From Sulfolobales archaeon (GTDB lineage: Archaea > Thermoproteota > Thermoprotei_A > Sulfolobales > NBVN01), in the NCBI GenBank assembly GCA_038831135.1, contig JAWBKW010000001.1, positions 69,614 through 133,613 of the forward strand: a stretch of DNA of 64,000 bases. Reading direction: 5' to 3'. This document shows positions 1 through 11,034 of the stretch, piece after piece; the stretch's first letter is position 1; each line of letters starts with the position of its first letter. The position numbers and the translations under genes are program-made. The notes beneath the pieces were generated by a model, which saw only the letters and a list, made by a program, of their open reading frames with translations, was not told the origin of the DNA and did no database searches.

Positions 1-282
1 CGTAGAAGCACCATTATATGGGTCTACAGCTGATGGATGGTTATGACTTTCAATCTTAAAAACTATGGCGTACTTATCAAATATCTTGATTGCTGGAGCA
101 TCTCTACCAGGCCCTATTAAGACATCCTTACTTTTTGTTGGTAGCAGTTTAAGGTAGTATTTACTACTCTTATAGGAGCAATGCTCACTCCATTGAGCCT
201 CAAACATATACAATTCTGCCTTAGTTGGTTCCCTACCAAGTAATTCCTTAATAGTTGATAACTCATCAAAGCTTAAAGGCAT
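1..282 (-). CDS. purL: phosphoribosylformylglycinamidine (FGAM) synthase II, N-terminal part (runs off the window)
   Basis: Minus-strand ORF not in the track because it is truncated. Its ATG at 282-280 overlaps the purQ stop (TAATG). My own translation, MPLSFDELSTIKELLGREPTKAELYMFEAQWSEHCSYKSS..., matches the PurL N-terminus. It lies downstream of purS-purQ. Confidence 0.85.
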   Translation of the reverse strand, partial: MPLSFDELSTIKELLGREPTKAELYMFEAQWSEHCSYKSSKYYLKLLPTKSKDVLIGPGRDAPAIKIFDKYAIVFKIESHNHPSAVDPYNGAST

Positions 283-938
283 TACCAACCCTCCTTAAGT
301 GACGAGGCTATACTACGCCAAATCACTAGCCCACCCGGTGAATACCCATCTGGAACTATTTCCTGTTCTGCAGCTCTTTCAGGATGGGGCATTAAACCCA
401 AGACTAATCCATCAGCTGAAGCTATACCCGCAATATCGAATTTACTGCCGTTAGGATTACATCCATAGTACTTAATTGTCGGTAAGTTACTTACGTCATC
501 CTCAACATAGTAACGTCCCTCACCATGAGCTATAGGCATATCGATAATAGTATCGTTTGATGCTAGCTTAAGCCAGGGACCTTTAGGCCTCATTACCTTT
601 ACTCTAATCCATCTACATAGGAATCTCCCCGACTCATTAGGTAGTAGAGCACCTGGTAGCAGACCAGCCTCAGTAAGTATTTGAAACCCGTTGCATATAC
701 CCAGTACTGGGGTACCATTACTTAAAGCGTTATAGACCTCATCAACAACTTTACTCCTAGCAGCTATAGCTCCAGCTCTAAGCCAATCACCGTAACTAAA
801 CCCACCTGGAATTACTACGGCATCATATAAATTACTCCTGAAGTCTTTGAACCACACTAAATACGCATCCAAACCTACGACCTTACGTAACACCCAAATA
901 ACGTCTAGGTCAGAATTAGTTCCTGGAAATCTAATCAC
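282..938 (-). CDS. purQ: FGAM synthase I, glutamine amidotransferase subunit
   Basis: 218 aa. Nucleophile elbow GICNGFQ and a C-terminal MPHPER motif are typical of a class I GATase. Sits in purS/purL context. Confidence 0.9.
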   Translation of the reverse strand: MIRFPGTNSDLDVIWVLRKVVGLDAYLVWFKDFRSNLYDAVVIPGGFSYGDWLRAGAIAARSKVVDEVYNALSNGTPVLGICNGFQILTEAGLLPGALLPNESGRFLCRWIRVKVMRPKGPWLKLASNDTIIDMPIAHGEGRYYVEDDVSNLPTIKYYGCNPNGSKFDIAGIASADGLVLGLMPHPERAAEQEIVPDGYSPGGLVIWRSIASSLKEGW

Positions 939-1197
939 AGCTACTTTGTTCAGAAACCTTCACCCTAACATCATGCACTATAGGGTTGTAGATTCTTAAC
1001 CTGTAACAGAGTTCCTTAACATAATCAACAGCAGCTTTGCAAGAATCAATATCTACATAGAACTCAAGGTATTTCCCAGACCTAACCCCTCGTACGTCCT
1101 TAAAACCTCTTTTAATGATTAGATCTTGGTGGATTGTTTCGCCTTCAGGGTCCCTAACATTTCCCTTATTAGTTATTACTACCTCAACTACATACAT
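931..1197 (-). CDS. purS: FGAM synthase PurS subunit
   Basis: 88 aa. Small size, the motif VRDPEG..I, and position between purC and purQ support the call. Confidence 0.85.
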   Translation of the reverse strand: MYVVEVVITNKGNVRDPEGETIHQDLIIKRGFKDVRGVRSGKYLEFYVDIDSCKAAVDYVKELCYRLRIYNPIVHDVRVKVSEQSSCD

Positions 1198-1206
1198 TAT
1201 AGTTCC

Positions 1207-1923
1207 CTAAATCCTAATACCTAACTTAGATGCTAGTTGAGTATATGCGTTAATTAAATCGTCGACACTACCTCCTTTCCTGAAAATCTCTTTATCAAGA
1301 TGATTACCCTCACCATCTACAACCCTTATACTATCTCCGCATATGTCATCAGCGAGTAATATCCTACCATCGGGGTCTCTTCCAAATTCTAACTTAAAAT
1401 CAATAAGGAGTAAACCCAACTCGCTAAATTTGCGTGATAGAGCATTATTAATTTTTAATGTAATTTCCCTAATATCCTCTAACTCATTAAAGCTCACTAA
1501 CCCAGCATTAATTAAATCCTCTTGAAGTATTAGCGGATCATGCAACTCATCACTCTTATAATGAAACTCTATTACTGGCACGTCTAATTTAGTGAGCGGC
1601 TTAAGTAATGGTAACCTTTTAATTAAACTACCATAGGCGTAATTACGGACTACAACCTCCGCAGGTATCATCCTTAATCTTTTAACGGTTAAGATTCTTT
1701 TACCATCATAATCTATAAAATGATTATCAATACCCTCTGACTTAAGGAGTTTAAAGAAGTACGCTGTCAATGCAGCATTTAATAAACCTTTACCTGGAGC
1801 ATAAGTAACTTTAGCTCCATCCAAGGCAGTAACCACATCCTTAAATTCCATCAATAGCGAGTTATCGTCTTTTACATAAACTCGTTTAGTTTTCCCGTCA
1901 TATATAAGAGTGTGAATATTCAA
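1207..1923 (-). CDS. purC: SAICAR synthase
   Basis: 238 aa. N-terminal YDGKTKRVY and the LIDFKLEFG motif are typical of PurC. Confidence 0.9.
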   Translation of the reverse strand: MNIHTLIYDGKTKRVYVKDDNSLLMEFKDVVTALDGAKVTYAPGKGLLNAALTAYFFKLLKSEGIDNHFIDYDGKRILTVKRLRMIPAEVVVRNYAYGSLIKRLPLLKPLTKLDVPVIEFHYKSDELHDPLILQEDLINAGLVSFNELEDIREITLKINNALSRKFSELGLLLIDFKLEFGRDPDGRILLADDICGDSIRVVDGEGNHLDKEIFRKGGSVDDLINAYTQLASKLGIRI

Positions 1924-2371
1924 TTAATCACCTTTATATATGATCATGGAAACTATTAATAAAGTTTATGTAGAAATTTTCTTAAAATTATTTACATAAA
2001 TATGTAAATTTATAAAGTAAATAAAAATTATACTATTTTATGTAAAATGATATTACGCTATACAGTAATCACTGTATTCGTAATTTCATTTTGAGAGATT
2101 ATGGAATATAAGTTATCGGGATGACGCTTTTATATCTCGTGTTAGTTAAGGCTCTAACAAAACTTTGTACTTAACTTACGAAAGCATTATCCGTTAAGCT
2201 GTGTAGTAACTTTAATGTATTAATGAGTATCATCATAAATATATATGGTTGGACTAGTTTACTAGGTCATTAAAATTTAGGTATTAATTTCCTTTAATAA
2301 GTAAGGCAGGAGTTAAAGGACTAAGGTTTTTTAAGCTTAGATGTTCAGGTAGATATTTTTTGGTGTAGATA

Positions 2372-3070
2372 ATGGTGATTACAGTAGATCAAATCGAGAG
2401 ATATTTGGGTCAAAAGATTAAGGATGAATATGGTAGGTTTATTGGGACGCTTTTAAGTGTTTATGCTGATGTTTCAGGCAGTGTTGAATCTGTTGAGATC
2501 GCGTTGAATGAGGATAATTATAGGCAGATACATAGTGAAAGATTAAAGTTAACTCCCGACGGTATTGTTGTTATTCAGGATTGGAAAGTTGATGCTATTA
2601 ATGTAGAGAATCAGTTAGATAGAGTTAGGAAGAGGATGAGGGCTGTAGAGGAGCTATATAGGAAGGGTAATATACCAGGTCATGCTTATGAAGAGATGAA
2701 GAGTAGGTTTGATAAAGAGTTCAGTAAAATTAAGGAGAAAGTTAAGGAGGTTAAACTAAAATTAAGGCAGAGGATTAATGACCTCGAGGACCACATTATA
2801 AGGTTAGAGAAGGCTACCTCTAATTTAATGGTGCTTTACATGTCTAACGAGGTTAGTGAGGCATCGTATAAGGCATCAATAGATTACTTAAGGCAGTCCA
2901 AGACTAAGGCGCAGGATGAGAAGAAGGATATTGAGAAACACTTAGATATAATTGAGAAGTTAGAGGCTGAACCAACAGAAACTAAGACCCCTATAACAAC
3001 TACGCCACCGCAGTTACCTATAGTGCCGAAGTCTGAGGCGCCAATTCAGGTTCAGGTCGTAGACCATTAG
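2372..3070 (+). CDS. cdvA: cell division protein CdvA (PRC-barrel, coiled coil, Pro-rich C-terminal tail)
   Basis: 232 aa. N-terminal PRC-barrel-like segment, a long heptad-rich central region, and a C-terminal tail (TTTPPQLPIVPKSEAPIQVQVVDH). Located immediately upstream of the ESCRT-III and Vps4 genes. Confidence 0.85.
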   Translation: MVITVDQIERYLGQKIKDEYGRFIGTLLSVYADVSGSVESVEIALNEDNYRQIHSERLKLTPDGIVVIQDWKVDAINVENQLDRVRKRMRAVEELYRKGNIPGHAYEEMKSRFDKEFSKIKEKVKEVKLKLRQRINDLEDHIIRLEKATSNLMVLYMSNEVSEASYKASIDYLRQSKTKAQDEKKDIEKHLDIIEKLEAEPTETKTPITTTPPQLPIVPKSEAPIQVQVVDH

Positions 3071-3084
3071 ACGAGGGATTATTA

Positions 3085-3963
3085 GTGAGTGTTTCAGCAA
3101 GCAACTCTGCCGGCAGTTTCAATAAGATCTTCAGGATATTTACTGATATAACTGGTTGGAATAGTAAGAGGACTTTAAAAAGGTCTATTTTAGAGATTGC
3201 TATAAAATTAAGAGAATATAAGGATATGCTTGAAGAAACTGTTAGTAGGTTAAGGTTAAGGCATGATGATCTTTTTAGGTCGGCGATCACCGCATATGTT
3301 AAGGGAGATAAACCAAAGGCAGCTATCTATGTTAATGAACTAGCTGAGATAAGAAAAATAATCACCAATATATATACTTCAGTTCTTGCTTTGGAGAGGG
3401 CTATCTTACGTATTGAGACAATCAAAGAGATCAGTAACATTAACTTAGCCTTAGGCTCTGTACTAGCAATATTGAACGTCCTTAAGGGTCAGGTAATTAA
3501 CGTGGTTCCTGAAGTAGCTACTGGGATAGACGTCCTCACAAATGAGATTAGGAATTTAATACTATCAACCTCAGGTACTACCGTCTCACAGGATAAGATG
3601 TTAGATCTGTCTGATGAAGCTCAGAAGATACTTCAGGAGGTCAAGGAGGTCGCTGAGGCGAAGATAAGTAAGTCATTACCTCAAATACCTGAAGAGTTAC
3701 TTAAGACGTCATCAGGTGGGGAATTTAAAGTTGTGGTTAACGGGGCCTCTCAACCCATAGCAGGGAAGACAGTAAGTAAAGAGGTAAAGCATCAACGAAG
3801 TGTTGGTGACTCATTAGCCCTAGAGAATAAAGTGCTTGAGTATATTTTAACGCATGGTGGGTTTATCGATGTTTCAGACGCGGCTAAGCAATTCAACGTA
3901 AGTAAGGAGGAAGTTATTCAGGCTCTTAAATCTCTAAAAGAGAAAAATAAAATCACGTTTTAG
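3085..3963 (+). CDS. cdvB: ESCRT-III family protein CdvB with C-terminal winged-helix domain
   Basis: 292 aa. Helical Snf7-like core followed by a wH-like tail (LENKVLEYILTHGGFIDVSDAAKQFNVSKEEVIQALKSLKEKNKITF). GTG start. Sits between cdvA and cdvC. Confidence 0.8.
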   Translation: MSVSASNSAGSFNKIFRIFTDITGWNSKRTLKRSILEIAIKLREYKDMLEETVSRLRLRHDDLFRSAITAYVKGDKPKAAIYVNELAEIRKIITNIYTSVLALERAILRIETIKEISNINLALGSVLAILNVLKGQVINVVPEVATGIDVLTNEIRNLILSTSGTTVSQDKMLDLSDEAQKILQEVKEVAEAKISKSLPQIPEELLKTSSGGEFKVVVNGASQPIAGKTVSKEVKHQRSVGDSLALENKVLEYILTHGGFIDVSDAAKQFNVSKEEVIQALKSLKEKNKITF

Positions 3964-4014
3964 TTTCCAATATTAAGGTAATTTATTAATAGCTTATGTT
4001 TAAGGTGAATTTAA

Positions 4015-5148
4015 TTGAGTCAATCATACGAATATCTAGAAGGAATGGCAAGGCAGTACGCCATTCAAGCAGTAAGGTACGATAAAGAAGGAAAGTTCGA
4101 CGATGCAATAAAGAACTATAAGAAGGCAGTTGAAGTTCTCAGGAGGATAGTTTCATTATATCCTGATGGTGGTCTAAATAACATATATAGGCAATGGGTT
4201 AAAGAGTATGAGAAAAGAATTAAAGATCTTGAATCAATGAAGCTTGCAACAACTTCCCAGAATTATATGCAGTCCAGCAGCGATGATGTACTGAATGAGG
4301 TAATATTTAAGGAGAAGCCTGGGGTCACTTTCAATGATATAGCTGATTTAGTAGATGTTAAGGAGGCTGTTAAGGAGGCCATAATATATCCTACATTAAG
4401 ACCTGAGTTATTCCCTCTAGGATGGCATAGAGGTATATTGTTATTTGGTCCTCCTGGATGTGGTAAGACGTTATTGGCAGCAGCAGTTGCAACGGAGATT
4501 GACGGTATATTCATACATTTAGATGCTGCATCTATAATGTCTAAATGGCTTGGTGAGGCTGAGAAGAATGTCGCAAAGATATTTAAGAAGGCTAGGGAAC
4601 TCTCCCAGAACGGTAAACCAGTCATCATATTTATCGATGAGGTTGACTCACTTTTAGGCATGTATAATAGTGAAGTAGGTGGTGAGGTTAGGGTTAGGAA
4701 TCAATTCCTTAAGGAAATGGATGGATTATTGGATAAGTCATTCAAATACTTCATATATGTTATAGCGGCTACGAATAAGCCCTGGAGACTTGATGAAGCA
4801 TTTATACGTAGGTTCCAGAAAAGGATATTCATCCCCCTACCTAATAAGGAAGCTAGGGTTGAGCTCCTCAAGCTCTATACAAAGGGATTGAAACTATCTG
4901 AAGATGTTGACCTTGAGAAACTATCTGAAATCTTAGACGGTTACACAAGTAGTGATATAAGGGACATAATTATGGCAGCGCATTTAAGGACTGTTAAGGA
5001 GTTATTTGAAAAGCAGGGTGGGTCAGGAAATCCAAGGGAGATTACCTTGGGAGATTTCACTGATGTGATTAAGAGTAGGAAGCCAAGCGTCAGTAGAGAG
5101 GCTATTAAGGTATACGAGTCGTGGTACGAGAAGTTTAAGGCGGTGTAG
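4015..5148 (+). CDS. cdvC: Vps4-like AAA+ ATPase CdvC (MIT domain plus AAA)
   Basis: 377 aa. N-terminal MIT-like helices, Walker A GPPGCGKT, Walker B IIFIDEVD, second region of homology [19 protein letters not shown] start at 4015, or ATG at 4045. Confidence 0.9.
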   Translation: MSQSYEYLEGMARQYAIQAVRYDKEGKFDDAIKNYKKAVEVLRRIVSLYPDGGLNNIYRQWVKEYEKRIKDLESMKLATTSQNYMQSSSDDVLNEVIFKEKPGVTFNDIADLVDVKEAVKEAIIYPTLRPELFPLGWHRGILLFGPPGCGKTLLAAAVATEIDGIFIHLDAASIMSKWLGEAEKNVAKIFKKARELSQNGKPVIIFIDEVDSLLGMYNSEVGGEVRVRNQFLKEMDGLLDKSFKYFIYVIAATNKPWRLDEAFIRRFQKRIFIPLPNKEARVELLKLYTKGLKLSEDVDLEKLSEILDGYTSSDIRDIIMAAHLRTVKELFEKQGGSGNPREITLGDFTDVIKSRKPSVSREAIKVYESWYEKFKAV

Positions 5149-5173
5149 GGTAATACTCAATTATTTGAGGTAA

Positions 5174-5179
5174 TTTTTT
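5174..5179 (+). terminator. oligo-T tract downstream of cdvC
   Basis: T6 run 26 nt after the cdvC stop codon. Archaeal RNAP terminates at oligo-T tracts. Confidence 0.35.
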
Positions 5180-5260
5180 AACCCTATGTTAGTTATGAAA
5201 TATATAACCTGAAACAGATAGTTATGAGGTGAGGGTAAGATTACTTCATTATCATCTCAG

Positions 5261-7798
5261 GTGATGGTGTTAAAGAAGGATGGTAGGGTAGAGAATCTTA
5301 GCCTCCTTAAGCTAAGGGAATCAATAATTAAGGCACTTAGTGGTTGTGCCCTAGATAATTACGTAGACGAAATTTTAGATGAGGTGTTAGAAAGCATTAA
5401 GGGTAAGGACTCAGTAGCTTCTAAATACCTGTCAGATCTTATCGAGAAAGCATTTTCTAGTAGGATAGTTAATGATGTATCTTTTGAACTAGCTGCCAGG
5501 AGGTACTTACTAGCTAGGATATATAACGACGTCTTTGGGAAGGGAAAGTGGAGGAAGTTCGAGGATGAAGACCTTAAGTTCACTTTTCAGGCACTAAAGG
5601 TTTTAGAATCACGTTACCTGCTTAAGGATTCAAAGACTTTAAGATATTTAGAGACGCCTAAGATGCTCTTTATGAGGGTTGCTGAATATATAGCTAGTAT
5701 TGAGGGGGATAAGTCTCAGTTCTACGCAAATAAGTTTTTTGAATTAATGATTAATCGTAAATTTATGCCGAACAGCCCTACATTAATGAACTCTAAGACT
5801 AAGTTAGGCTTGCTTTCCGCATGCTTCGTACTGCCTGTAAGGGACGCTTTAACAACATTAGATGGTGATGGTATTATGGACTCGTTAAGGGCTTCAGCAC
5901 TTATACATCAGCAAGGAGGTGGTACTGGGTACTCATTTTCTGAATTAAGACCTGAGGGTGATGTAGTTGCAAGTACTGCTGGAGTAGCTTCAGGACCGGT
6001 CTCGTTTATGAAAATGTATGATGCTGCTACTGAAGTCATTAAGCAAGGTGGTAGGAGAAGGGGCGCCAATATGGGAGTTCTACATGTGTGGCATCCAGAT
6101 ATACTTAAATTCATCCGGAGTAAGTCAGGTGAATTGAAGGATGTTAACCTTCAGAATTTCAACATATCCGTAGGTGTCTATGATTCCTTTATGAAGGCTG
6201 TTGAGGAAAGTTCCTTATGGGGTTTAGTTAATCCACGCCTTACGTCTTTAAATCCTAATGTTAACGATTCCAGGAACTACGCCATCGCGTGGAGTAGGTA
6301 TTACATGAGTGATGAATGGGTTCAAGAATATATAATTAACGAACTAGAATCTGCTGGAGGTTCAATACCACTGGATCAATCACTAATAATAACTTACGAT
6401 GAAGCGATGGAGATCGCCAAGAGAGAGAACGCCATAGTCAACATGTTAAGCGCTGTTGAAATATTTAACGAAATAATTAGATGCGCGTGGGAGTCCGGAG
6501 ATCCAGGTCTTCTCTTTATAGATACTATAAATAGGAGACACCCTGTCTGGTATTTAGGAAAGATAAATGCTACTAATCCGTGTGGTGAGGTCCCGGCACG
6601 TGAGTGGGAATCTTGTAACTTGGGGTCTATAAACCTTGAATCCTATGTTAATGAAGTTGATGGGAAGCCTACCATCCTGTGGGAGGAGTTAGCTACGGAT
6701 GTTAAGCTATGTATTAGATTCCTAGATAACGTTATAGACCTAAATAAATATCCACTTCCTCAAATAGAGAAAGAAACGAAGAAATCTAGGAAAGTAGGCT
6801 TAGGTGTTATGGGTTGGGCGCATATGTTGGTGAAGCTGAACATACCTTACAACTCTGTAGATGCTTTATATCTTGCATATTATTTATCTGAGTGGATACT
6901 CTACAACGCATATTTCTCCAGTGTCGAACTCGCTAAGGAGAGGGGACCTTTCCCTGAATGGAATCCTAAGCTCTATAAACCCGTATGGGTTGATGCTAAG
7001 CAATTAGAGGAGATAATTAAGATAGGAGGTATCGCAAGTACGCCTCCCTCAGAGCACGTTAGCCGTATTATCTCTGAAAGACCTAAAGTTGATTGGGAGC
7101 TACTCAGGAATGAAATGCTTAAACATGGGTTACGTAACGCTACAGTAATCAGTATAGCTCCTACCGGAACAATTTCAATAATTGCAGGAACTTCCTCAAG
7201 CATAGAACCTATATTTGCATTAGCATTCGTAAGGCAAGTAAGCGTTGGTACTTTCATAGAAGTTAATCAGTTATTCCTAGACTACCTAAGGAAGGTAGGT
7301 CTTGATGAACCTGAAGTCATTAAAACTATAGCTAACTCAGGAAGCGTATTGCATAACCCATTCATACCTAAAAACCTTAGAAGGATATTCCTAACAGCTC
7401 ATGATATAGAGCCTTTATGGCATCTCCTACATCAGGCTGTCTGGCAGCAATGGACAGATCAAGGCGTTAGTAAGACCATAAATATGAGGGCTGAGGCAAC
7501 TATAGACGATGTGAGGAACGTATACGTATTGGCTTGGAAGTTAGGATGTAAAGGTATTACGGTATACAGAGATAAGAGTAAGACTAGGCAAGTAATTCAG
7601 TTCGGTCTAAAGATAGCTGAGAGATTAGCGAAAGAGGAGGTAGAACGTGAATTAGGTAAGAGCTTCAGGGAAGCTGAAGAGTTAACGGAGGTTAGTAAAC
7701 AGGAGGATAAGAAAGCAGTTAGAGAGAGGTTTAGAACTCAAAAGCAACCAATACTCCGTGAAGGTGAAGCAGGGGACTGCCGTTCATGCGAATATTAA
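5261..7798 (+). CDS. nrdJ: ribonucleoside-triphosphate/diphosphate reductase, class II (adenosylcobalamin-dependent)
   Basis: 845 aa. N-terminal ATP-cone, active-site TNPCGE, C-terminal Cys pair (CRSCEY). The length leaves no room for an intein. Confidence 0.85.
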   Translation: MMVLKKDGRVENLSLLKLRESIIKALSGCALDNYVDEILDEVLESIKGKDSVASKYLSDLIEKAFSSRIVNDVSFELAARRYLLARIYNDVFGKGKWRKFEDEDLKFTFQALKVLESRYLLKDSKTLRYLETPKMLFMRVAEYIASIEGDKSQFYANKFFELMINRKFMPNSPTLMNSKTKLGLLSACFVLPVRDALTTLDGDGIMDSLRASALIHQQGGGTGYSFSELRPEGDVVASTAGVASGPVSFMKMYDAATEVIKQGGRRRGANMGVLHVWHPDILKFIRSKSGELKDVNLQNFNISVGVYDSFMKAVEESSLWGLVNPRLTSLNPNVNDSRNYAIAWSRYYMSDEWVQEYIINELESAGGSIPLDQSLIITYDEAMEIAKRENAIVNMLSAVEIFNEIIRCAWESGDPGLLFIDTINRRHPVWYLGKINATNPCGEVPAREWESCNLGSINLESYVNEVDGKPTILWEELATDVKLCIRFLDNVIDLNKYPLPQIEKETKKSRKVGLGVMGWAHMLVKLNIPYNSVDALYLAYYLSEWILYNAYFSSVELAKERGPFPEWNPKLYKPVWVDAKQLEEIIKIGGIASTPPSEHVSRIISERPKVDWELLRNEMLKHGLRNATVISIAPTGTISIIAGTSSSIEPIFALAFVRQVSVGTFIEVNQLFLDYLRKVGLDEPEVIKTIANSGSVLHNPFIPKNLRRIFLTAHDIEPLWHLLHQAVWQQWTDQGVSKTINMRAEATIDDVRNVYVLAWKLGCKGITVYRDKSKTRQVIQFGLKIAERLAKEEVERELGKSFREAEELTEVSKQEDKKAVRERFRTQKQPILREGEAGDCRSCEY

Positions 7799-7841
7799 TT
7801 AAAGCGTTAAATATTTGCAAGTTTTAAAGTAGTTATATTGG

Positions 7842-8558
7842 TCAGTAATGACGGGGTCTGAAGCCCTTCTGAGTTTTCTCGTATATTCTACTCAGTAACT
7901 CAGCCTCATCCGGAACTCCAATAAATTCTACTTCCCCATTAATCACAACTGCTGGAACACTCATAACTCCATACTTGTCTGCTATATCGGGGTTCTCATA
8001 AGCTTCAACGATGTCTGAAATTATATTCTTATTATTAGATTTGTACGCCTCTAACGCAAACATATTAGCTAGGAATGCAGCATACGGACAGTAAGGACAT
8101 GTTGGCGTCACTATGACCTCCATACGTACTTTCCCTGAAACCTTACTAAGTAGATTTGCTACCTTCTCAGAAAGTCCGCTATTGCCATTACTAATCCTCA
8201 ATATCGTCTCGATAAATCCTCTTAATTCCTCACCAGCAGGCATACCTATATACCTGATCTGTCCATCGAGTAACACTATAGATGGTACCCTAGTAATTCC
8301 ATATTTTTTGAAATTGTCCGCACCATCTTTCTTATAGTGGTATATCTGATGACGTATTAACTTACCTTTTTCATTCTCGGGACTTAATGATGCCAGGACA
8401 TCAACTAATTTAACGGTATCACTACAGAAGGCACATATATCACCTACAAATGTTAACACATCTACAGGGGTTTTCATATCGCTTAGGACGTTTTTAAGGG
8501 TTTCTAGGTCCTCCTTCGTAAACCTTACCTCAAACATTTCTCTCATGCTGTAATCCAT
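7842..8558 (-). CDS. protein disulfide oxidoreductase (two thioredoxin-fold units)
   Basis: 238 aa with two CxxC sites (CAFC and CPYC), like the PDO proteins of hyperthermophiles. Confidence 0.75.
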   Translation of the reverse strand: MDYSMREMFEVRFTKEDLETLKNVLSDMKTPVDVLTFVGDICAFCSDTVKLVDVLASLSPENEKGKLIRHQIYHYKKDGADNFKKYGITRVPSIVLLDGQIRYIGMPAGEELRGFIETILRISNGNSGLSEKVANLLSKVSGKVRMEVIVTPTCPYCPYAAFLANMFALEAYKSNNKNIISDIVEAYENPDIADKYGVMSVPAVVINGEVEFIGVPDEAELLSRIYEKTQKGFRPRHY

Positions 8559-8648
8559 ACTATCACCTAGTATCTAGTTAAGTTATTTTAATAATAAGCT
8601 TTAAGGAACGCCTCCTTAGGTTGATATATTGAGTGATGCGGTGTTTAT

Positions 8649-9572
8649 TCATAGTTCTCTAAATGAAAACTTTACTATAGATTCTGAGGCTATACCTCTT
8701 TCAGGTCTTAATCTAGGTGTTAAGACCATGAAGGAAGCGTATGCATTGTTGTAGGGAGTACCTAACCGGCTGAAAATAGTTATGACTTTACCATTATGGT
8801 TTGTCTTAAATCCGTTAAAGCATGGTTCATGACCTCTAATTATTACCTTAGTATTAGTTATATTGAGTGCAGCCTCACTTATTTTACAACCGAATAAGTA
8901 ACCTGCACCCCGATATGATGGTTCGGTATAGGGGGTATCTTCCGTTGGGTCGTTCCACAACACTTCCTCAATTACTTTAAGGTATTCATCTTCATTCCTC
9001 CCTAGTAGGTATTCTGTTGGTGTTCGTGCTTTATTGATGTTAGTTGAGGGGGGACCGCCATGAAGTAGCAGCGCTAATTCGTTTAAAATCATCGCATGCG
9101 GCATTGATTGGAAGAGTTCCTTAAAGCTTGAATATAACTTACTTCCATTGATGGTTCCATACCTGTGCTTAAGCTCTATTGGGAAGTCATGAGGGTACAC
9201 TGGGAGAAATTCTGGGGGTTCATGATTACCTCTTAATAAGAAAATATTTTCTGGATATCTTAGCTTGAGGTAGAGTGGTATTAGTATAGTCTCAACTTGA
9301 TTACTCCCTCTATCAATATAATCACCTAAGAATACTAGGTTGTGAATGGCTAGGTTTTCAGCATATCTTAGAATATAATCAAGTGATTGTAGGTCGCCAT
9401 GTAAGTCACCTATAACTAAGAAAGATTCTTGAGGTTTAAACAGTCTTATAAGTCCTTTATGTGACTTAAATTCATTCCTGAGAACCTCGGCAGCGTCATT
9501 AATGATTTTCTCAACAGCTTTAAAGTCATATACTTTATTGGATATTAATTCTTTAGTAAGGTTAGTTAACAT
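8649..9572 (-). CDS. PPP-family Ser/Thr protein phosphatase (metallophosphoesterase)
   Basis: 307 aa. Motifs GDLHGD, GDYIDRG and RGNHE. Overlaps the gatB 3' end by 11 nt. Confidence 0.8.
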   Translation of the reverse strand: MLTNLTKELISNKVYDFKAVEKIINDAAEVLRNEFKSHKGLIRLFKPQESFLVIGDLHGDLQSLDYILRYAENLAIHNLVFLGDYIDRGSNQVETILIPLYLKLRYPENIFLLRGNHEPPEFLPVYPHDFPIELKHRYGTINGSKLYSSFKELFQSMPHAMILNELALLLHGGPPSTNINKARTPTEYLLGRNEDEYLKVIEEVLWNDPTEDTPYTEPSYRGAGYLFGCKISEAALNITNTKVIIRGHEPCFNGFKTNHNGKVITIFSRLGTPYNNAYASFMVLTPRLRPERGIASESIVKFSFREL

Positions 9573-11034
9573 TATTTGAAGACCTGCTTAATTCATTTAG
9601 TTTTTTAATTAGTAGCTTGTTGGTGAGTTCTGGGTTAGCTCTACCCTTACTCTTCTTCATGACTTGACCGACTAAGTAATTAATAGCTTTCGGGTTGGTT
9701 AGAGCATCATTAAAGGCTTTCTGATTTTCATTAATGACTTCATCAATTATTCTCATCAAGATATTCTCATCAGATATATCTGCGTAGCCCTCCTCATAAA
9801 TTATTGCAGTAACGGCCTTACCTGATTTTAATGTTTTAGGAATTATTTCCTTCAAGATCTTAATATTGATTACGTTCTTATTCAATAGCTGTATTAATTG
9901 GCATAGATCTTTCGGCGGGAATACCTTCACAGCGTTATTGACTCCAATGTCTAGTTCCTCAATCCATCTCTTTAAATCATTAACAACTATGTTACCTACT
10001 GCTTCAGGTTCCCCGCAGACCTTAACGCATTCCTCGAAGTAGTCAGCTAAGGCTTTCTCACTAACTAGCACATTAGCTAGGTAATCACTTAATCCATAAG
10101 TTTTAATAAATCTATCAACACGTTGATCAGGCAACTCAGGAAGTTTAGACGTTATCTCCTCGATAAGTTCCTTAGATATCTTAAATGGCGGTAAGTCGGG
10201 GTCGGGGAAATATCTGTAGTCTTCCTCAACTTCCTTAACTCTTGCAGGCACCGTTACTTTCTTCAAATCATCCCAATGTCTGGTTTCCCTTCTAACCTCT
10301 TCACCATGTTCTAATGCTCTACTCTGTCTAATGATTTCGTAAGCTAATGCTCTCTCAACATCTTTAGATGAACTTATGTTCTTAACCTCAACTCTCGATC
10401 CACCAGCTAACGATATGTTTGCATCAACCCTTATTGAGCCTTCTAATTCCGGATTTACTAACCCCATATGCTCCAGTATCGACCTTAACTTATCTATGAA
10501 CATTCTAGCTTCTTTAGGGCTAGTTATGTCGGGCTCACTAACTATCTCAAGTAACGCTATTCCTGACCTATTGTAATCGATTAAAGTGTATTTGCTTGTA
10601 AGTAACGATCCTGTTGGGTATATTAGCTTGCCAGGGTCTTCCTCTATGTTAATCCTACGTATTCGGATGCTCTTAAGCTTCCCCTCATAATTTATGGTTA
10701 GGGATCCGTTCCTAGCTATTGCAACGCTCCCAACACCATCATATTGTGATATTTGATAATTCTTAACTAGGTCTGGATAGAAATAATGCTTCCTTGAAAA
10801 CACTAATACATCACTTATGGAGCATTTAAGAGCTAGTGCAACCATTAATGCGGCCTTAACGGCTTCGATATTAACAACTGGTAAAGCACCAGGTAATCCT
10901 AGACATGTTGGGCATACATTACTGTTTGGAGGTTTTCCTCTATAGTCGGAGGAACATGAACAGAACAGCTTAGACTTTAGAGATGTTATCTGGACATGAA
11001 CTTCTAAACCTATCTTAATATTGAGGTCAGACAT
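9562..11034 (-). CDS. gatB: aspartyl/glutamyl-tRNA amidotransferase subunit B
   Basis: 490 aa. N-terminal IGLEVHVQ...KLFC and a C-terminal YqeY-like tail. Sits in gatC-gatA-gatB order. Confidence 0.9.
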   Translation of the reverse strand: MSDLNIKIGLEVHVQITSLKSKLFCSCSSDYRGKPPNSNVCPTCLGLPGALPVVNIEAVKAALMVALALKCSISDVLVFSRKHYFYPDLVKNYQISQYDGVGSVAIARNGSLTINYEGKLKSIRIRRINIEEDPGKLIYPTGSLLTSKYTLIDYNRSGIALLEIVSEPDITSPKEARMFIDKLRSILEHMGLVNPELEGSIRVDANISLAGGSRVEVKNISSSKDVERALAYEIIRQSRALEHGEEVRRETRHWDDLKKVTVPARVKEVEEDYRYFPDPDLPPFKISKELIEEITSKLPELPDQRVDRFIKTYGLSDYLANVLVSEKALADYFEECVKVCGEPEAVGNIVVNDLKRWIEELDIGVNNAVKVFPPKDLCQLIQLLNKNVINIKILKEIIPKTLKSGKAVTAIIYEEGYADISDENILMRIIDEVINENQKAFNDALTNPKAINYLVGQVMKKSKGRANPELTNKLLIKKLNELSRSSNNVN

